Shown here: in pieces, positions 24,085-36,143 of the stretch
Numbering within the stretch: position 1 is the first letter of the stretch
Layout: each line of letters begins with the position of its first letter
Assembly: GCA_002269645.1 (NCBI GenBank)
Contig: NIVC01001016.1
Location: 248,001-312,000, forward strand
Direction: 5' to 3'
Length of the DNA stretch: 64,000 bases
DNA from: Macrostomum lignano
Lineage: Eukaryota
Notes under the pieces: model-generated
What the model saw: the letters and a program-made list of their open reading frames with translations, nothing else
Database searches by the model: none
Told to the model about the DNA's origin: nothing
Made by a program: the position numbers and the translations under genes

Positions 24085-27000
24085 TCACTTAAACAGGCTC
24101 CACGAGCTGAAGTGCTTGCGAAAACGTTTAGCAGACGACGAAGTAGATCCGCTGCTGCTGTGGCCACTGCCGCCGATGCTGAACCGGCTAGAGGCTGAGG
24201 CGGCGGCGGCTGCGACAGAGGCGACGCTGCCAGATGAAGAACTGCTGACCGCGACGGCGGCTGCGGAGCCCAAGTGAGCGATGGAGTCGCACCGTAGCTG
24301 TTTAAAAGGAAATTACTTCTTGTTTAACTATGGAATTACATTCGAATTCAGACAAACAGCCTGGAGCTGTGGGGGCAGATGACCACCACCCTAATACCAG
24401 TCAGAGAGACCAGGACACAATAAAGGGGTCAATGACCTCCCTATTACTAATTAGAAAGACCAGTACACAATAAAGGGGTCAATGACCTCCCTATTACTAA
24501 TCAGAGAGACCAGGACACAATAAAGGGGTCAATGACCTCCCTATTACCAATCAGAAAGACCAGGACACAATAAAGGGGTCAATGACCTCCCTATTACCAA
24601 TCAGAAAGACCAGGACACAATAAAGGGGTCAATGACCTCCCTATTACCAATCAGAAAGACCAGGACACAATAAAGGGGTCAATGACCTCCCTATTACCAA
24701 TCAGAAAGACCAGGACACAATAAACGGGTCAATGACCTCCCTATTACCAATCAGAAAGACCAAGACACAATAAAGGGGTCAATGACCTCCCTATTACTAA
24801 TCAGAGAGACCAGGACACAATAAAGGGGTCAATGACCTCCCTATTACCAATCAGAAAGACCAGGACACAATAAAGGGGTCAATGACCTCCCTATTACCAA
24901 TCAGAAAGACCAGGACACAATAAAGGGGTCAATGACCTCCCTATTACCAATCAGAAAGACCAGGACACAATAAAGGGGTCAATGACCTCCCTATTACTAA
25001 TCAGAGAGACCAGGACACAATAAAGGGGTCAATGACCTCCCTATTACCAATCAGAAAGACCAGGACACAATAAAGGGGTCAATGACCTCCCTATTACCAA
25101 TCAGAAAGACCAGGACACAATAAAGGGGTCAATGACCTCCCTATTACCAATCAGAAAGACCAGGACACAATAAAGGGGTCAATGACCTCCCTATTACCAA
25201 TCAGAAAGACCAGGACACAATAAAGGGTCAATGACCTCCCTATTACCAATCAGAAAGACCAGGACACAATAAAGGGGTCAATGACCTCCCTATTACCAAT
25301 CAGAAAGACCAGGACACAATAAAGGGGTCAATGACCTCGTCGTTTACCATCAAAGAGCCCAGAACACAATGAGGGGTCCATGACCCCAAGACAAAGGCAG
25401 AGCCATGCGATACACAGAAGAAATAGCACACAATCTAACCTGTTCAACATTAGCCAAAGTAGCAGTAGAGGCCCTGGCTACCGACATGTTGCCGAGGCGC
25501 GATCCTCTACCAGCAGCTGAGACAGCAGAAATCGAGACCGAATCATACTGCTCGCAGTCCTTGTGGCCGTCCTCGTAGTCGTCCATGTCATACGGGTCGT
25601 CTGGATTGCGCACCGTTGAATTCGACTCGCCAACGACGGCAAGAGAGGCCAAGCTGCTGGAGCTGCAGTCCATGTCGCTGCCCTGAGGGTGAGCAGGCGA
25701 TTGGTGGCTGCTGGACTGGCCTGAGCTTAATCTGGGAGGATCTGGGAGGCTGGTACCGTAGCTTAATCTGGGGATCTGGAGGCTGGTAACTTAATCTGGG
25801 GATCTGGGAGGCTGGTACCGTAGCTTAATCTGGGGATCTGGGGGCTGGTAACTTAATCTGGGGATCTGGGAGGCTGGTAGCTTAATCTGGGGATCTGGGA
25901 GGCTGGTAGCTTAATCTGGGGATCTGGGAGGCTGGTAGCTTAATCTGGGGATCTGGGAGGCTGGTAACTTAATCTGGGGATCTGGGAGGCTGGTAGCTTA
26001 ATCTGGGGATCTGGGGGCTGGTAACTTAATCTGGGGATCTGGGAGGCTGGTACCGTAGCTTAATCTGGGGATCTGGGGGCTGGTAACTTAATCTGGGGAT
26101 CTGGAGGCTGGTAACTTAATCTGGGGATCTGGGAGGCTGGTACCGTAGCTTAATCTGAGGATCTGGGAGGCTGGTAACTTAATCTGGGGATCTGGAGGCT
26201 GGTAACTTAATCTGGGGATCTGGGAGGCTGGTACCGTAGCTTAATCTGGGGATCTGGGGGCTGGTAACTTAATCTGGGGATCTGGGAGGCTGGTAACTTA
26301 ATCTGGGGATCTGGGAGGCTGGTACCGTAGCTTAATCTGGGGATCTGGGAGGCTGGTGGCTTAATCTGGGGATCTAGGAGGCTGGTAGCTTAATCTGGGG
26401 ATCTGAAAGGCTGGTGGCTTAATCTGGGGATCTGATAGGCTGGTGGCTTAATCTGGGGATATGGGAGGCTGGTGGCTTAATCTGGGGATCTGAAAGGCTG
26501 GTGGCTTAATCTGGGGATCTGATAGGCTGGTGGCTTAATCTGGGGATCTGATAGGCTGGTGGCTTAATCTGGGGATCTGGGAGGCTGAGATCTAGGATCT
26601 GGGTGAAAGTTATCAAAACTAACCTTTCTCAGAGCCATAGAAAGCGATCCACTGCTAACTAGCTGCTTCTTTCGGCTGAGCCGGGAAGTCGACACAGCGC
26701 TGGCAGGAGCGTCAGCGGACGAGCTGGAGGCCTTCTTGCCACCGGCAATGCTGTGCCGCAAAGAGCCCCAGTTCAGGCGGCAAACTGAGCTCATCAGAGA
26801 GCTGCTAGGGCGAGATTTCGGTCGTTTATCAGGCTTTTTAAACACCTGCTGCTGGCCATCTGGAGCTTTACGCTGCTGATTCTGCAGCACATCTACATTT
26901 TCAGCCAGTGGATTAGCCGCCACTCGAGGCGTCCCAGCTGCGTCCTGAAATATCGAAGGCATTGTGAACCTTGGAATTGTTTTTGAATTCACAATTTGCC

Positions 27001-30000
27001 ATAGAATTGTCCCTAAACCCGCCCGAAAATCGTCTTTAAACCTACCCTAGAATCGCCCCTAAACCTACCCTAGAATCGCCCCTAAACCCATCCTAGAATT
27101 GCCCCTAAACCTACCCTAGAATCGCCCCTACACCCACCCTAGAGTCGCCCCTAAACCTACCCTAGAATCGCCCCAAAAGGGCAAAACCTACTCTAGAATC
27201 ACCCCTAAACCCACCCTAGAATCGCCAAAAACCTACTCTAGAATCACCCCTAAACCCACCCTAGAATCGCCAAAAACCTACTCTAGAATCACCCCTAAAC
27301 CCACCCTAGAATCGCCAAAAACCTACTCTAGAATCACCCCTAAACCCACCCTAGAATCGCCAAAAACCTACTCTAGAATCACCCCTAAACCCACCCTAGA
27401 ATCGCCAAAAACCTACTCTAGAATCACCCCTAAACCCACCCTAGAATCGCCAAAAACCTACTCTAGAATCGCCCCTAAACCTACCCTAGAATCACCCCTG
27501 AACCCACCCTAGAATCGCCCCTAAACCCACCCTAGAATCGCCCCTAAACCTACCCTAGAATCGCCCCTAAACCCACCCCAGAATCGCCCCTAAACCTACC
27601 CTAGAATCGCCCCTAAACCTACCCTAGAATCACCCTAAACCCACCCTAGAATCGCCAAAAACCTACTCTAGAATCGCCCCTAAACCTACCCTAGAACCAC
27701 CCCTGAACCCACCCTAGAATCACCCCTAAACCTACCCTAGAATCGCCCTCAAAGCATTCGCAGAAGCACACCAAGCACTCTATCAACTCACAGCCATGTG
27801 AGCATCCTCATCATCAGGGAAAGCTGCAGCTGACCGAACGGTCATCATGGGTGACTCTGGCTGATTTCCTTCAAAGCCGTCATCAGCCATCATGGCCGGA
27901 CACGGCTTGTCCGGTTGCTGCTGAGTAGAAGCAGAAGGCGCCGCAGCGGTCGCCGCAGCCAACAAAGCTCGAGAAATAGTCCGCCTAGGAGTTCGATTCG
28001 ATAGCACCCTAGTAACTACACGGCGACCGAATCGTCTAGCCTTGGCGCTTAACAGATTCTGCCGATCGAATATGCCGACCAGATTTAAAGGAAACGCGGC
28101 CGGATCGGAGTGGCTGAGCAGCAGGTCGAGCGGATTCGGACAGCAGGTCACTCGGCCAATTTGCTCGCATACACTGCGAAGTATTGACGACTTGTCGCGA
28201 CCTCCGCCACTCGCTAATGTAGAAGCTTCGTTTACTGTGGAACTGTTGGCGGCGACTTCAAAGGGCTCGTCATTGGGGCCACCACTGCCGCTGAGAACCA
28301 GCGGTTCGGCCAGAGCGAAACAGAATTGACAGGGAGGCGCCGTCTGTGCAAAAAATGGATTAGCCTGAAGATTAGCAGCGATTCTAGAGGCGATTCTAGG
28401 GCGGGTTTAGGGGCGATTCTAGGGCGGGTTTAGGGGCGATTCTAGGGTGGGTTTAGGGGCGATTCTAGGGTGGGTTTAGGGGCGATTCTAGGGTAGGTTT
28501 AGGGGCGATTCTAGGGTAGGTTTAGGGGCGATTCTAGGGCGGGTTTAGGGGCGATTCTAGGGTAGGTTTAGGTGCGATTCTAGGGTACGTTTAGGGGCGA
28601 CTCTAGGGTAGGTTTAGGGGCAATTCTAGGGTAGGTTTAGGGGCGATTCTAGAGTAGGTTTTTGGCGATTCTAGGGTAGGCTTAGGGGCGATTCTAGGGT
28701 AGGCTTAGGGGCGATTTCTAGGGTAGGTTTAGGGGCGATTCTAGGGTAGGTTTAGGGGCGATTCTAGGGTGGATTTAGGGGCGATTCTAGGGTAGGTTTA
28801 GGTGCGATTCTAGGGTAAGTTTAGGGGCGATTCTGGGGTAGGTTTAGGGGCGATTCTAGAGTAGGTTTAGGGGCGATTCTAGGGTGGGTTTAGGGGCGAT
28901 TCTAGGGTAGGTTTAGGGGCGATTCTAGGGTGGGTTTAGGAGCGATTCTAGGGTTGGTTTAGGGGCGATTCTAGGGTAGGTTTAGGGGCGATTCTAGGGT
29001 GGGTTTAGGGGCGATTCTAGGGTGGGTTTAGGGGGCGATTCTAGATTCTAGAGTAGATTTAAGGGTAGGCTTAGTGGCGAGTCTAAGATTTTAGAGCTTG
29101 ATAGAATTACAGAATACTTAATATGCGATGATGCAATGGTGTAAACTCACTCAACACAAAAGCCAAACCCACCTCATCGTCAGTGTCATCACACGCAGCT
29201 AGCCGGCACTCAATGGCGAATAGACGTCTACGATCTTCGGGATCGACAGCCGGAGCGCGAATATCGTGTACAGCTCTGACTGAGTTCAATGGCAGAAGCT
29301 CCAGATAGCGAAGAGGCTTAGCAGCCGATGGCGTTCGAGTCGAGATCGAACCAGGGCCCGGACGGGGCGACCTGGGACATTGGGATTAAATAAATTCTTG
29401 ATTATTATTAAAACTCGGCACTTTTTAAAAATCTGTATACGAGGTGATTTGTTAGACTTGCACGAGCGATTTCTAAGAAAGACTTAAGACAAGATTTCCT
29501 GGAACCCTGTTAACGGTGATTTCTAAGAGAACTAGAATAAGCAAGATTTATAAGAAAGGATTTCAGATTTTAAGGGCGTTTTTTAATAAACCTTTTTGAA
29601 AGATTCTAGGAAATATTAATTTTAGGGGCGATTTCTAAGAAAGCATCCCTAAAGCGATTTCTTTAGAAAGATTTTAGGGGCCAATTTCTAAAAAAAACAG
29701 CTTAGGAGCGATTTCTACAAAAACAGTTTAGGAGCGATATCTATAAAAAGACGTTTGGGGGCGATTTCTAAGAAAGCATCCCAAGAACTGTTTCTAAGGA
29801 AGCATTTAAAAGCGATTTCTAAGAAAGCATCTTAGGTGCGATTTCTGTAAAAACATTTTAACAGCGATTTCTAAGAAACGTTTTAGGAACGATTTCTAAG
29901 AAAGAATATTTAGGGCGGTTTCTAAGAAAGCCTATCGGAGGGGGTTCTAAGCGAGTCTTTTTAAGGCGATTTTTGGCCTAAGCAGCTGGTAGCTGTTTAC

Positions 30001-33000
30001 TGTGAGGGATGAAGAGTTCAAATTATTTAAGTAACAATTTTATAAAAATTTTGCCAATGCAAACTTTCTGAGTTATTGGTAAAGTCACCTATAACGATTA
30101 GACGATCCTGGACCTCCGCCGCCGCCTCCGCCTCCAGCAGACGAGGCCGTTGAAGCAGAAGAAGCAACCGACTGTCGGCGCTTGGCAACCAGCAAATAGT
30201 CGGTGAGTAAAAACAGAGTCAGGCCGGCACCGGGCCTGCAAATCCCAGTGCCGGAGGAGCCAACTTCGACAACATCGAATCTGTCAACAATAGTCCGATG
30301 AGCCGACAGAAGATATGGCGGGAAATTTTCCACCTCGTTCATAACGTCGAATAGGGCAACGCGTAGGTCCGTGGTTCGTTTCTCTTCGTTGATGTGCTCG
30401 AGAACGCGACGAACTGAGGCTAAGGCGGTCTGTAGACAGACGTAGTCTGGCGAGTCTTCGCCTGTATTTGTGAGGCCGATTGGCAGCGGATGATAGAGAT
30501 CCGAATGTATGGGGATCCCGAAAATTCCTCAAAAACGAGATTGGGATCCCAAAGAGCCGAGATCCCGAGCCCTGAAAACCTGAGATCCCGACCCCTGAAA
30601 ACCCGAGATCCCGACCCCTGAAAACCCGAGATCCCGAACCATGAAAACCTGAGATCCCGACCACTGAAAACCCGAGATCCCGACCCCTGAAAACCCGAGA
30701 TCCCGATCCCCGGAAGCCCGGGATCCCGACCCCTGGAAGCCCGAGATCCCGACCCCGAAAACCTGAGATCCCGATTCCCGATTCTCCGAAAATTGAGATC
30801 CCAACCCCTGAAAACCCGAGATCCCGACCCCTGAAAACCCGAGATCCCGACCCCTGAAAACCCGAGATCCCGATCCCTGAAAACCCGAGATCCCGACCCC
30901 TGAAAACCCGAGATCCCGATCCCTGAAAACCCGAGATCCCGAACCCTGCAAACCAGAGATCCCGACCCCTGAAAACCCGGGATCCCGACCGAAAGAAACG
31001 AGATCCTGCTCCCAAAACCCGGGATCTCGACCTCTGAAAACCCGAGATCCCGACCCCTGAAAACCCGAGATCCCGACCCCTGAAAAGCCGAGATCCCGAC
31101 CCCTGAAAACCCGAGATCCCGACCCCTGAAAACCTGAGATCCCGACCCCTGAAAAGCCGAGATCCCGACCCCTGAAAAGCCGAGATCCCGACCCCTGAAA
31201 ACCCGAGATCCCGACCCTCAAAAAACCTGGGATCCCGACCGAAAGAAACGAGATCCCGCTCCCAAAACCCGGGATCTCGACCTCTAAAAACCCGAGATCC
31301 CGACCCCTGAAAACCCGAGATCCCGACCCCTGAAAACCCGAGATCCCGATCCCTGAAAACCCGAGATCCCGACCCCTGCAAACCAGAGATCCCGACCCCT
31401 GAAAACCCGAGATCCCGACCCTCAAAAAACCCGGGATCCCGACCGAAAGAAACGAGATCCCGCTCCCAAAACCCGGGATCTCGACCTCTAAAAACCCGAG
31501 ATCCCGACCCCTGAAAACCCGAGATCCCGACCCCTGAAAACCCGAGATCCCGAACAGCCGACATTCCAATCGAAGCCCAATCAACTCACTGGTATACTTG
31601 AGCAAGTCGGCCAATATAAGCGTCACAGATGGCAGCCGCTGCACTGGCCTAATCATCAGATCGCTCAGCGACTGTCTCAGACACTCCGGCCTATCCCGGC
31701 ACTGCCTAAGATACGCTCGAAATTTCGAACACTTTTTCTCCCATTTAGCCAGCTCTTCTTTAGCTTGGCCAAAGAAATTAACAAATGGCGGATAGAGCTG
31801 GCTGAGCTTGTCCGCTCTGCTAGCAAACACGCTGCCTATGGTGGTGCTGCCGGTGTCCCAGTTGGCCAATGCGGCTCGCAGATCCGACTCGATGTCGCGA
31901 TGCAAATCGTAGATCGGCGCCAGGCCGGTGAATATCAGATCGGCGGCTTTTGGCGGCAACAGTTCCGCCACCTCGGCGCGGATTATGTCTACGATTACCT
32001 TGAATGATGGATTAGTGAAATTTTGCGTTATCTGAGACATTTGGCGCCACAGACTAGTTTGGCGCTATTAAAAACACCACAGGGTGGATTTTGGCGCCAT
32101 CTGAGATATTTGGCGCCACAGGGTGGATTTTGGCGCCGTCTGAGATATTTAGTGCCACAGGGTGGATTTTGGCGCCATCTGAGATATTTAGCGCCACAGG
32201 GTGGATTTTGGCGCCGTCTGAGATATTTGGCGCCACAGGGTGGATTTTGGCGCCATCTGAGATTTTTAGCGCCACAGGGTGGATTTTGGCGCCATCTGAG
32301 ATATTTGGCGCCACAGGGTAGATCTTGGCGCTATCTAAGATATTTTAGCGCCACCCGGAAATTCGGAAGCACAGGATAGATTTTGGCGCTACTTGTATCT
32401 GAGACATTTGGCGCCACAGACTAGTTTGGCGCTATTAAAAACACCACAGGGTGGATTTTGGCGCCATCTGAGATATTTGGCGCCACAGGGTAGATCTTGG
32501 CGCTATCTAAGATATTTTAGCGCCACCCGGAAATTTGGAAGCACAGGATAGATTTTGGCGCTACTTGTATCTGAGACATATGGCGCCATACAATAGATTT
32601 TGGAGCTGTTTAAGAGACTTTGGCGCCAACTGGGACATTTAGCACTATTTAAGAGACGTTGGCGCCAACATTTAGCACCACAGGTTAAGTATTAGCGCTA
32701 TCTAAGATAATTTAGCGCCACCTGAGACATTTGGAAGCGCAGGATAGAATTTGGCGCCACGGGGTACGATTTTGGCGCCATTTGAGACATTTGAGACATC
32801 TTACCTGCAATATTCGAACATAATTCCCTTCAGTAGCGGCCAATTCCTGGGCTTTGGCGAACCGCCTCTCCGCTCGGCCGTCTCTGCCTCCGCTAGCACC
32901 GCCAGCGCCTTCCGGTGTGCGCGACTGGCGCCGACGCGCTACTCCGGCGCCATTGTCAGGCGCCAACTGTTGCTGTTTCTCACTGGCACCTGGCGTTCTA

Positions 33001-33245
33001 CGCTTCCTAGAATAGGCTTCGTTTGGAGATAACAGCGAGCCAATAGTGTCGTCTTTTGGCCCAGAAGCTTTGTTGTCATCATCGTCTAAATTTGCCATGG
33101 AACTGTCGGGGCCAATGCTGGCCATGATGTCAGTTGAAGGTCGATGCCGCTTTCTACGTGGTTCATCGTCAGTGGCGGCGTCTGATTGTTGCTGCTGCGG
33201 CATCAGGTTTGATGTCGAGTCTTTCTTGAGCTCAATAGTGCTCAT
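24085..33245 (-). CDS. ECT2: ECT2/pebble-like RhoGEF (DH-PH), ~927 aa from ATG 33245; exons 32805-33251, 31590-31998, 30089-30461, 29173-29371, 27792-28343, 26624-26944, 25440-25715, 24085-24297; BRCT exons not found
   Basis: The DH domain has ECT2-type motifs: ELAATEGNYVRILQ, LYPPFVNFF, RPECLRQSLSDLMIRPVQRLPSVTLILADLLKYT, HINEEKR, LLSAHR, LTLFLLTDYLLVAKRR. All seven introns are GT-AG with compatible phases (0,1,2,0,0,0,0). The acceptor of the 25440 exon is ambiguous (25715 or 25682). An acceptor ccaaacag| lies 6 nt before the ATG, so upstream exons or trans-splicing are possible. Confidence 0.87.
24400..25340. repeat. Intronic minisatellite, 50-bp unit CCAGGACACAATAAAGGGGTCAATGACCTCCCTATTACCAATCAGAAAGA (~19 copies)
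   Basis: Highly homogeneous period-50 tandem repeat in the last ECT2 intron. Confidence 0.95.
25725..26600. repeat. Intronic minisatellite, 29-34-bp unit TTAATCTGGGGATCTGGGAGGCTGGTAGC
   Basis: Tandem units filling an ECT2 intron. Confidence 0.95.
27015..27750. repeat. Intronic minisatellite, 23-bp unit CCCCTAAACCTACCCTAGAATCG (left arm of inverted pair)
   Basis: Tandem units that are the reverse complement of the 28378-29090 array. Confidence 0.95.
28378..29090. repeat. Intronic minisatellite, 23-bp unit CGATTCTAGGGTAGGTTTAGGGG (right arm of inverted pair)
   Basis: Tandem units that are the reverse complement of the 27015-27750 array. Confidence 0.95.
29440..29985. repeat. Degenerate intronic repeat with core TTAGGRGCGATTTCTAAGAA
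   Basis: The core recurs more than 10 times and resembles the neighbouring 23-bp arrays. Confidence 0.7.
30535..31555. repeat. Intronic minisatellite, 23-bp unit GAAAACCCGAGATCCCGACCCCT
   Basis: Tandem units in ECT2 intron 2. Source of the spurious 426-aa and 503-aa ORF tails. Confidence 0.95.
32030..32790. repeat. Intronic minisatellite, 39-bp unit TTTTGGCGCCATCTGAGATATTTGGCGCCACAGGGTGGA
   Basis: Tandem units in ECT2 intron 1, with two GGCGCC cores per unit. Confidence 0.9.
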
Positions 33246-33929
33246 AATGACCTGTTTGGCATAAAAATTAATCAATTAAAAATAATTACTGTAGATTATT
33301 GGGTCATTTTGGCCAATACAGACTCATGAACAAAACATTTTATTGATGTTTCTTAAAGTAAGATGGTAACTAAATCTGAGCTAATCTGCAAAAAATGGAT
33401 TCTGATTCCATGCAGTTCCAACCATGAGGGAGTGCCAACCCACAAGGCACAGAGAGGGTATATTCCTGACCATTAGGAAGTCACACAGTGTGCATAACCC
33501 TTCTGGAAATATTACAATAGTTTTATAACCTCAATGCATATCTACATATTGCAGCAAATAATATATAAATATACACTTCATAAAAGAACCTTCAAGGGCA
33601 TACAAATGCAATTTTATAAATTATATTGACTATGCATATAGTTTTGTGACATACCTAAAAAAGCAAAACAAATCATCAATTGATTCAATTCCTTGCAAAA
33701 GTTTATTATAAAAGTAAAAATTTACCAAAGACACCAAAGCAACTAAAATATGGTTTACTTTAATTTATGCTGGGTGAATTGACCAAACCAGATATAAGCC
33801 CATTAGTATTTAGTGAATAGCCCTATTGTTAATCAACTATACCTGTAACTATTAAGCAAGTACTTTCTACTTAAAAAAAAGTTTCATTTTATTAAGTTTA
33901 CATGATAATATTTAGTTCTTTAATCATTT

Positions 33930-34290
33930 ATTCTTTTCTCTTTTCTCTCTTCTTTCTTCTCTTCACTCTTGTCTCTTCTCTCTTCTTTCTATAATTCTAC
34001 CCTCTGCTTTAATTTCTTATTTCTCTTATCTTCTCACTTTCTCTAATCTTTGCCCTTTCATTTCTATTCATTTTCATTCACTTCCTTGTTGCCTCTTTTT
34101 TTCTCCCTACTCCTTCCTCCTCTTGCTTTTTTCTCTCCCCCCTTTCTGGCCTTTCTCCTCTTCTCTTTTCTCCCATCCTCTTTCTTTCCCCTTGCTCACT
34201 TCTTCTCTCTTTTACTCTTCTATCTCTTTTTTTATCTTTTCTCTCTTACCTCTCCTTGATTTTCTAATCTTCTATTCCTTTTTCCCACTC
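33930..34290. repeat. Pyrimidine-rich low-complexity tract
   Basis: Almost entirely C/T on the + strand. Confidence 0.8.
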
Positions 34291-35450
34291 CTATCTATCT
34301 GGCTTATAGCCATGAGCTGGATTCTTTATTTGGCTATGAGGTAAAAGGCTGCTAATCCCTACTTAAAAAGCCAGTTTGTGGGATATAGTACTCTCATAGA
34401 TAGTCATGGTTGTTTCATTCAATTGGCTATTTGCTGACTACTTTGATCATGATCATGTTATCTTTCTGGCCAATTTGTAGCCCTGGAAAGAATTTGTATA
34501 TCTTTAGCTTCATTGCAATATGCAGCAATGCAGTCTAAAAACCAAGAAAATGTGCATTCCTTTAAAGGAAATAACTTTAAATTAAACTTAATGTTGAAAT
34601 TTCCTTTGTATAACTAATGTAATAAGATTGTATTATATTATAGGCCTAATCATTCTTTAACTATTTTTTTGCTTTTATTTTTACAAAAACTAAACAAACC
34701 AAAACTAATTGCAAAAATTTGTGCCTTGATTTGCTATCTACTATTAAATTGCCATAGAGTTATAGACTTATATAGTAGAGAACGATTTGAATTCCCCACT
34801 AGGCTCTAAACTGTTATAGGCCTAACAAAATCTTTATCGAGGTGCATATAAGGCCATAAAATGAAGTTATTCCAAAACATTCTATATTTGCTATATATAC
34901 TGAACCCTATCATCTAAGTTCTAACCTTTGTTCTAAAGGGATAAGTTTGATGAATGGCAAAGACAAAAAAGCAAACAAACTTTACATGCTTATAGTTTTT
35001 ATCCTAATGGAATTACAGAGTTGAGATTGAGATTTTTTATTTAGATAGAAAATAGGTCAATAGGGGGGGGCCTAAATAATTGTACCAAGTTTAAATTCAA
35101 TTACTTTATACAGAGCAAACTTATGGTAGCCAAAAGTTAGGTCAATTTTTGAACCCTTTGCCTTTTTTACATCTTGCCAAATAAGGAAAGAAAGGCAAGC
35201 AAAGGTTAAGGTAGGTCTAGCAGTCTAGGACCAAGACTGCCACAACCAAGACTGCCATACTTGAGGAGCTAGGAGAGGAATTTGGCTCAATGTGTTATTA
35301 AATATTATTATGAGAGATAAGTAGCCTAAGTAAGAAAGCTAACAAGACAAGCCTACAAGAGAGGAACTTATAAGACAAATAGCAATACTTAGAAGATTGG
35401 TAGCTCTCCTTCAATACCATTTGCCAATTATAGCTGTGGTGCTCTTAGGC

Positions 35451-36143
35451 CATACTCAGGAAGGTGGCCTGCACGCGGGAATTTTCCCATGTGCACAAGC
35501 CACGCTAAAATTTTGGTGTGCAAAGTTGGCATGCAAATAGGGATCTCAAGCCACGCCTAAATTTTCAGCATACAAGTTTTTTACTTGGCGTATAACCTTG
35601 GCGTGCAATTACAAACTGACAGTATATCAACAAGTCAGATATAGATGTATACACTATATATATATATATACAATATATAAAGTTAAATGTGAACAATTGA
35701 ATTTGAATATTGATTAAACCAACTAGTTGAGGCTACAGCCTAGCCTACAGCCAGGCCTACACTCTACAGCCTACATTAAAATTGAAATATCCAATAAGTT
35801 TAAAATGCTCTTATTTTGTGACTCTTGTAGACTTTTAGTTTATTTGTTTCTTGAAATGTGAAGAAAAAGTTTTTGATACTCATTATGTTCTTTGTAGCAA
35901 ATTTCCTTTTTTTATATAAACTTTGTTTAAAGTAAGTAGAAAATTTATTTAAAAATAGTATCTAATACGGTTAATATTCAAATCACACGTACATGAGGCA
36001 TACATGATTTTTGGTATTCAAGATTTTTGGCGTGCAATAGAAATGTCATGTTAAGGGTTTTAAAAAATTGGTGTACATTGGCGTGCACCAAGGATTTTTC
36101 CATAAATTGATTCCCGCGTGCACTTGCCACCTTCCTGACTATG
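35451..36143. mobile_element. ~693-bp non-autonomous DNA transposon (MITE) with ~35-bp TIRs
   Basis: CATACTCAGGAAGGTGGC-CTGCACGCGGGAAT at the left end versus the reverse complement of ATTCCCGCGTGCACTTGCCACCTTCCTGACTATG at the right end. Flanking direct repeat GCTCTTAGGC (35441-35450, 36144-36153), which can also be read as an 8-bp TSD CTCTTAGG with the TIR 1 bp longer. Internal GGCGTGCA subterminal motifs. Confidence 0.85.

Noticed and set aside
24400-25340. Regular 23-50-bp repeats resembling CRISPR arrays (also 50920-51400 and 61050-61690)
   Set aside because: The units are head-to-tail with no unique spacers, there are no cas genes, and the context is eukaryotic and intronic.
27015-29090. 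Telomere-like TTTAGGG/TTAGGG within the 23-bp unit
   Set aside because: There is one motif per unit in other sequence and no (TTAGGG)n run, so it is not an interstitial telomere.
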